In this document: positions 60,380-64,000 of the stretch, piece by piece
Numbering within the stretch: position 1 is the stretch's first letter
How the letters are laid out: each line of letters opens with the position of its first letter
Assembly: GCA_963783755.1 (NCBI GenBank)
Contig: CAWAOY010000003.1
Location: 42,608-106,607 of the forward strand
Length of the DNA: 64,000 nt
From: an uncultured archaeon
GTDB lineage: Archaea > Thermoproteota > Nitrososphaeria > Nitrososphaerales > Gagatemarchaeaceae
Direction: 5' to 3'
Made by a program: the position numbers and the translations under genes
Notes under the pieces: model-generated
The model's database searches: none
What the model was told of the DNA's origin: nothing
Seen by the model: only the letters and a program-made list of their open reading frames with translations

Positions 60380-62205
60380 TCATGCTGAGACTTGCTTAAT
60401 CAGGAACTCGACCGCCGCCGAGTAGCCCGCGATCCTGTTCTTCAGCTTGATCGAGCCCGTGGCCCTCGTCCTCGAACTTCATGAGGTGCGACCTCCCGCC
60501 CGTGCCTCTTGAGCGTCTCCGCGATCTGCTCCGCCTCGCCGATCGGGACGCGCGGGTCGTTAGTCCCGTGGATGATGAAGAGCGGGCGACTTGATGAGGT
60601 GGGCGTTGTTGTTGGGGGATATGCCCTCGAGGAACTCCTTGTCCGCCTCCGGGTCTCCGTACTCCGCTATCCTGAGCTTCCGCCTCCATGGGCCGGTGTT
60701 CTTGAGGAAGGTGACGAAGTTCGAGATCCCGACGATGTCCACCCCCGCCGCCCACATGCCCGGGTTCGAGTAGAGGCACGCAAGGACCATGAAGCCCCCG
60801 TAGCTCCCTCCCCACGCGGCGACCTTCCTCCTGTCGACGGGATACCTCTTCCAGGACGTGCCGGAGCGCGAACTCGGCGTCCTTGACCGTGTCCATCCTC
60901 CCCCTGACGTCGTCGAGGTGGGTGTACCGCCTCCCGTACCCGGTGCTCCCCCTGAAGTTGGTCGCGAGGACCCCGAAGCCGAGCTTCAGGAAGAACTGGA
61001 TGAGCGGGCTGAAACCCGGGCCTGAACTGCGGACTCTGGCCCGCCGTGCAGGAGGACGATGAGGGGGAAACGCGCGGCCGCCGTCTTTGGGAGGTAGAGG
61101 TACGAGGGGACCTCGAGTTCGTCGAAGGAGCGCGTCTTGACCAGATCGGGCTCGACGAAGCTCGACGCCGGGATCCCGCAGGTCGAAGAGGTCGTGACCC
61201 TCGAGAGGCTGCCGCGTGAGCGACCTCTTGTCATCGAACTCGAACACCCAGACGTCGGAGTTGGCCGACGAAGAGGAGAGCGAGAACGCGAGCTTCCTTC
61301 CGTCGTTCTGACCAGTCGAGCCCCCCGACCAGCCCCTTCGGCAGCGGCAGCTCCTTCTGGACGCTTGTTCGGAAGGTCCCAGACCATCAGCCGGGACGCG
61401 CCCCCTTCGTTCACGGTGAACGCGAGGGTCTCCTTGTCCTTCGTCGCGCGACAGGCCCTCGACGTCCCAGTCCTCGGCGTAGACGTACTCGAGCTCGTGG
61501 GACGCGACGTCTATCCTCGCGATCGCCGCGAACTCTCGGTCCTTGTCCGTGGCGCAATACACGAACCTCCCGGTGGCGTCGAAGGTGGGCGAGTAGAAAG
61601 CGGCGTCCCCGGCGTGCGGGGTGAGCAGGTCGGCGCTCTTGTCGTCAAGCTCAAGCAGGAAGAGGTCGTGGTTGAAGGGCGCGTGGGTCACCTCGAAGAG
61701 GATCTTGGAGCCGTCAGGGCTCCAGGTCACCGGATAGGCGTTCCCGTCGTAGCGGTAGACCAGTTCCGTGGACCGGTCGTCCAAGTCCTGGACGTAGATG
61801 TCGAAGTACTCCTGGCTCCTGGCGTTGGAGGAGAAGGTGATGGCGTTCTCGTCGGGAGACCAGTCTCCCCAGTTGTGGATCACGTTCGGCTCGTCGGTGA
61901 GCTTGACGACGGAGTCGCCTCCTCCCTCCAGCATGTGGATTTGGAATCGCTCGCTGCCGCCGCGGTCGATCCCGAAGGCTATCCTGTCGCTCTTTGGCGC
62001 GAAGCTGAGGAACCCGACCCTCTCGTCCTCCAGGGTGATCTGCTGAGGGCGCGTGGAAAGGCCGGTCATCCAGTCTGGGGACCCCGTGAGGTCGGAGAGG
62101 TAGGCGAGCCTCTTGCCGTCCGGGAGAATTCGGGCGAGTAGGCGACTTTATCGAGAGGTAGCGCTTGAGGCTGTACGCCAGTCCTCGGGGCTGGGATGGC
62201 TCCAA
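60380..62205 (-). CDS. S9-family serine peptidase (prolyl oligopeptidase / acylaminoacyl-peptidase type) with an N-terminal beta-propeller, at least 6 frameshifts
   Basis: Propeller text: FAPKSDRIAFGIDRGGSERFQIHMLE...WSPDENAITFSSNA...VTWSPDGSKILFEV. Hydrolase text: VLATNFRGSTGYGRRY, AAWGGSYGGFMVLA (nucleophile GxSxG), PLFIIHGTNDPRVP (other frame), FEDEGHGL. The likely true end IKLKNRIAGYSAAVEFLIKQVSA needs a 1-nt correction (stop at 60380-60382). Confidence 0.85.
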
Positions 62206-62808
62206 GGGCCGGTTGCCATTGGGGTGCTTAAAGCTCGACGGTGCGTTGCCGCTACATCAGGGGGCGGTCGCGACGACGCGCATTCGCATCTCCATCCCTG
62301 GGAGATAGACTATCGAGACGCTTTCGTAGACAGACGGGTTTCATCACGAAGAATGTCCGTTTCCGGTGTCGCTTGAACTCGCTGAGTGTCGTTGACCTGC
62401 GATCGGCACCGTCGCCATCTGGCCGCTGTTCTGGGCGCCTCGACGATGTAGTCGCCCATCAGCTGACTCCAGTCCGTCGCGTGCAGGTCACGCGTAGTCC
62501 CGTTCCCAGGCGCGACGATGAGCCAGCCGCTGCCGAACATCTGCCGTGCTGGACGAAGGCGATCGCCGGAGTCGCGTCTCGTTCATGCGCAGACGTCGTT
62601 GAGGCTCATGGTTCCATGTCGTGGTCGGTCTCCATCGTCGACCTCGTGCCTAGAGGACGAAACCGCTGCCGCACGCCAGAGGACCACGACCGTGACTCCG
62701 AAGACCGCCGTTGTGACCGCCCGGCGTTCACGAGTTTGATAGGAGCATCGGCGTTGTGGCGGCCAGAAAAATTCATTTATCGGTTTTTCAACCTTGCTTG
62801 CAGATTCG

Positions 62809-63124
62809 TTACAAATCTCGATTGAGGTCGAACTTGAGCTTCTGGCAGAGGTCGTCGAAATATCTCGATGTGCGCCTCCATCCAAGGAGTCAGGAAGTAG
62901 GTAAGCCCGTAGTGCTCCCCCGTCGAGTCGACGAGCGAGTTCTTCTTCAGCACCTCGATGTGGTGCTGGATGGTCCTGTACTCCACGCCGAGGCGCTTGG
63001 CGAGCTGGTTCATGTTGCCGGGTTGGGTGCGGAGCGCCTGGATCAGGCGCGCCCTCATCTCGCCACCCCTGGTCGCTCCCAGGAGATACCACAGGAGGCG
63101 GCGCAGGTCCTGGTTGTCCGGCAC
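62809..63124 (-). CDS. ArsR-type winged-helix transcriptional regulator, probable 1-nt indel near the 3' end
   Basis: Text: LRRLLWYLLGATRGGEMRARLIQALRTQPGNMNQLAKRLGVEYRTIQHHIEVLKKNSLVDSTGEHYGLTYFLTP. A corrected tail, EIFDDLCQKLKFDLNRDL, ends at 62809. The track frame ends at 62777. Confidence 0.7.
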
Positions 63125-63223
63125 GAGGGCCGAAATCCGCGACTCTATTTATCCGTGAGTGAGGGGAAATTGAAATATCCTTAATACTCCGGAAGAGCAG
63201 TCGCCCTGCGAGACTCGAGAAGA

Positions 63224-63505
63224 ATGGATCCGATGATGGATGTGGCGATCGTCTTCTCCGCGCTCAACGCTGCGCTCCTTGTCGTCCTGCTCTACGTGTT
63301 CGCGGGAATCGCGATCAGGAGCCGCGCATCGCACTCCGTCGGCCTGATGTTCTTCGCCTTGCTTCTTCTCGCGAACAGCCTTCTCACCGCATACTCCTAT
63401 GCGACCATGGCGCCATTCTTCGGGAGAGAGGCCCTCCCCTATCTTTCGACGATGTCCGTCCTCGAGTTCGTCGGGTTGGCGGTGCTCCTCAAGATCACGT
63501 TGTGA
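63224..63505 (+). CDS. hypothetical membrane protein (93 aa, 3 TM segments), divergent from the ArsR gene
   Basis: Text: VAIVFSALNAALLVVLLYVFAGIAI...VGLMFFALLLLANSLLTAYSY...LSTMSVLEFVGLAVLLKI. Confidence 0.45.
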   Translation: MDPMMDVAIVFSALNAALLVVLLYVFAGIAIRSRASHSVGLMFFALLLLANSLLTAYSYATMAPFFGREALPYLSTMSVLEFVGLAVLLKITL

Positions 63506-63509
63506 GCGG

Positions 63510-64000
63510 TCAGCTGGACGTGACGCCCACGTCGACGATGTGCGTAGCCCGTCGCCCCGCCCGGGAACGGGGCGGCCATGACCGCGGTCTGCACTGCCCC
63601 CGTCCCGTCGGTGGCCTCGGACCGCGATGGAGTAGTTGCCCGTGGCGGGCGGGTTCCAGTCTGCCGTCCAGAGCACCCACGTGTAGCCTGAGAGCGGGTC
63701 TTGCACGCTGGCCGTGGTCCAGGTGTTTCCCCCGTCGGTGCTCACCTCCACCTTCTCGATTCCCCTGTCCCCCGCGAAGGCCACCCCCGCGATGGGGGTC
63801 ATTCCCATGCGGCACGCTCGGGGCTCCCGCGATCCCGAAGCGGTCGGCCACCTGGGCCGCTCCCGGGGTCACTATCGAAAGAGCCCGTCTCGTACTGCGC
63901 CTCGTTGACCCACCCGCGGACCTGCCAGTACCCCTGGTAGGTCTCGGCGACCAGCTCGATGCTCGTCACCCACTTGCAGTTCATCATGCCGTAGTATCCC
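63510..64000 (-). CDS. sulfite-oxidase-family molybdopterin oxidoreductase, C-terminal (dimerisation / Ig-like) part; 5' end off the right edge, about 3 frameshifts
   Basis: Text: YGMMNCKWVTSIELVAETYQGYWQVRGWVNEAQYE, PIAGVAFAGDRGIEKVEVSTDGGNTWTTASVQDPLSGYTWVLWTADWNPPATGNYSIAVRA, GYAHIVDVGVTSS. Confidence 0.75.

Overview
High-GC archaeal chromosomal segment (over 60% GC by eye, not computed) with about 65 protein genes and one tRNA. The backbone holds the conserved transcription/translation cluster on the minus strand: rpoH, unsplit rpoB, rpoA', rpoA'', L30e, nusA, S12, S7 and, further on, EF-1alpha. It also holds purine genes (add, guaA, CBS-less IMPDH), a methionine/C1 cluster (MTHFR-like, three MetE-family genes), hisC, ggt, an Lhr-type helicase, aconitase, kdpABC, and a CysK/CBS-like gene with a cystathionine gamma-lyase-like gene. 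Surface proteins include a roughly 1350-aa S53 sedolisin and two PEF-CTERM proteins. Unsplit rpoB, PEF-CTERM signals and overall gene content suggest a Thermoplasmatota-like euryarchaeon; this is inference only. Two points dominate. (1) Many genes, including essential ones (rpoB, rpoA', rpoA'', tuf, S7), are broken by single-nucleotide indels. The indels are patchy: several multi-kb blocks have none. I read them as assembly or consensus errors, so most CDS coordinates are approximate reconstructions across frames. The ORF track accepts any table-11 start codon, so its starts are upper bounds. (2) An intact tRNA-Leu(UAG) at 52459-52543 is followed by about 4.7 kb of visibly AT-richer DNA. That DNA is divided into four small gene segments by at least six copies of the tRNA 3' end. 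Several copies are ~78-82-nt units with a conserved hairpin that keeps pairing despite substitutions. No integrase is present in the window. No CRISPR array, rRNA or recognisable transposase was seen.
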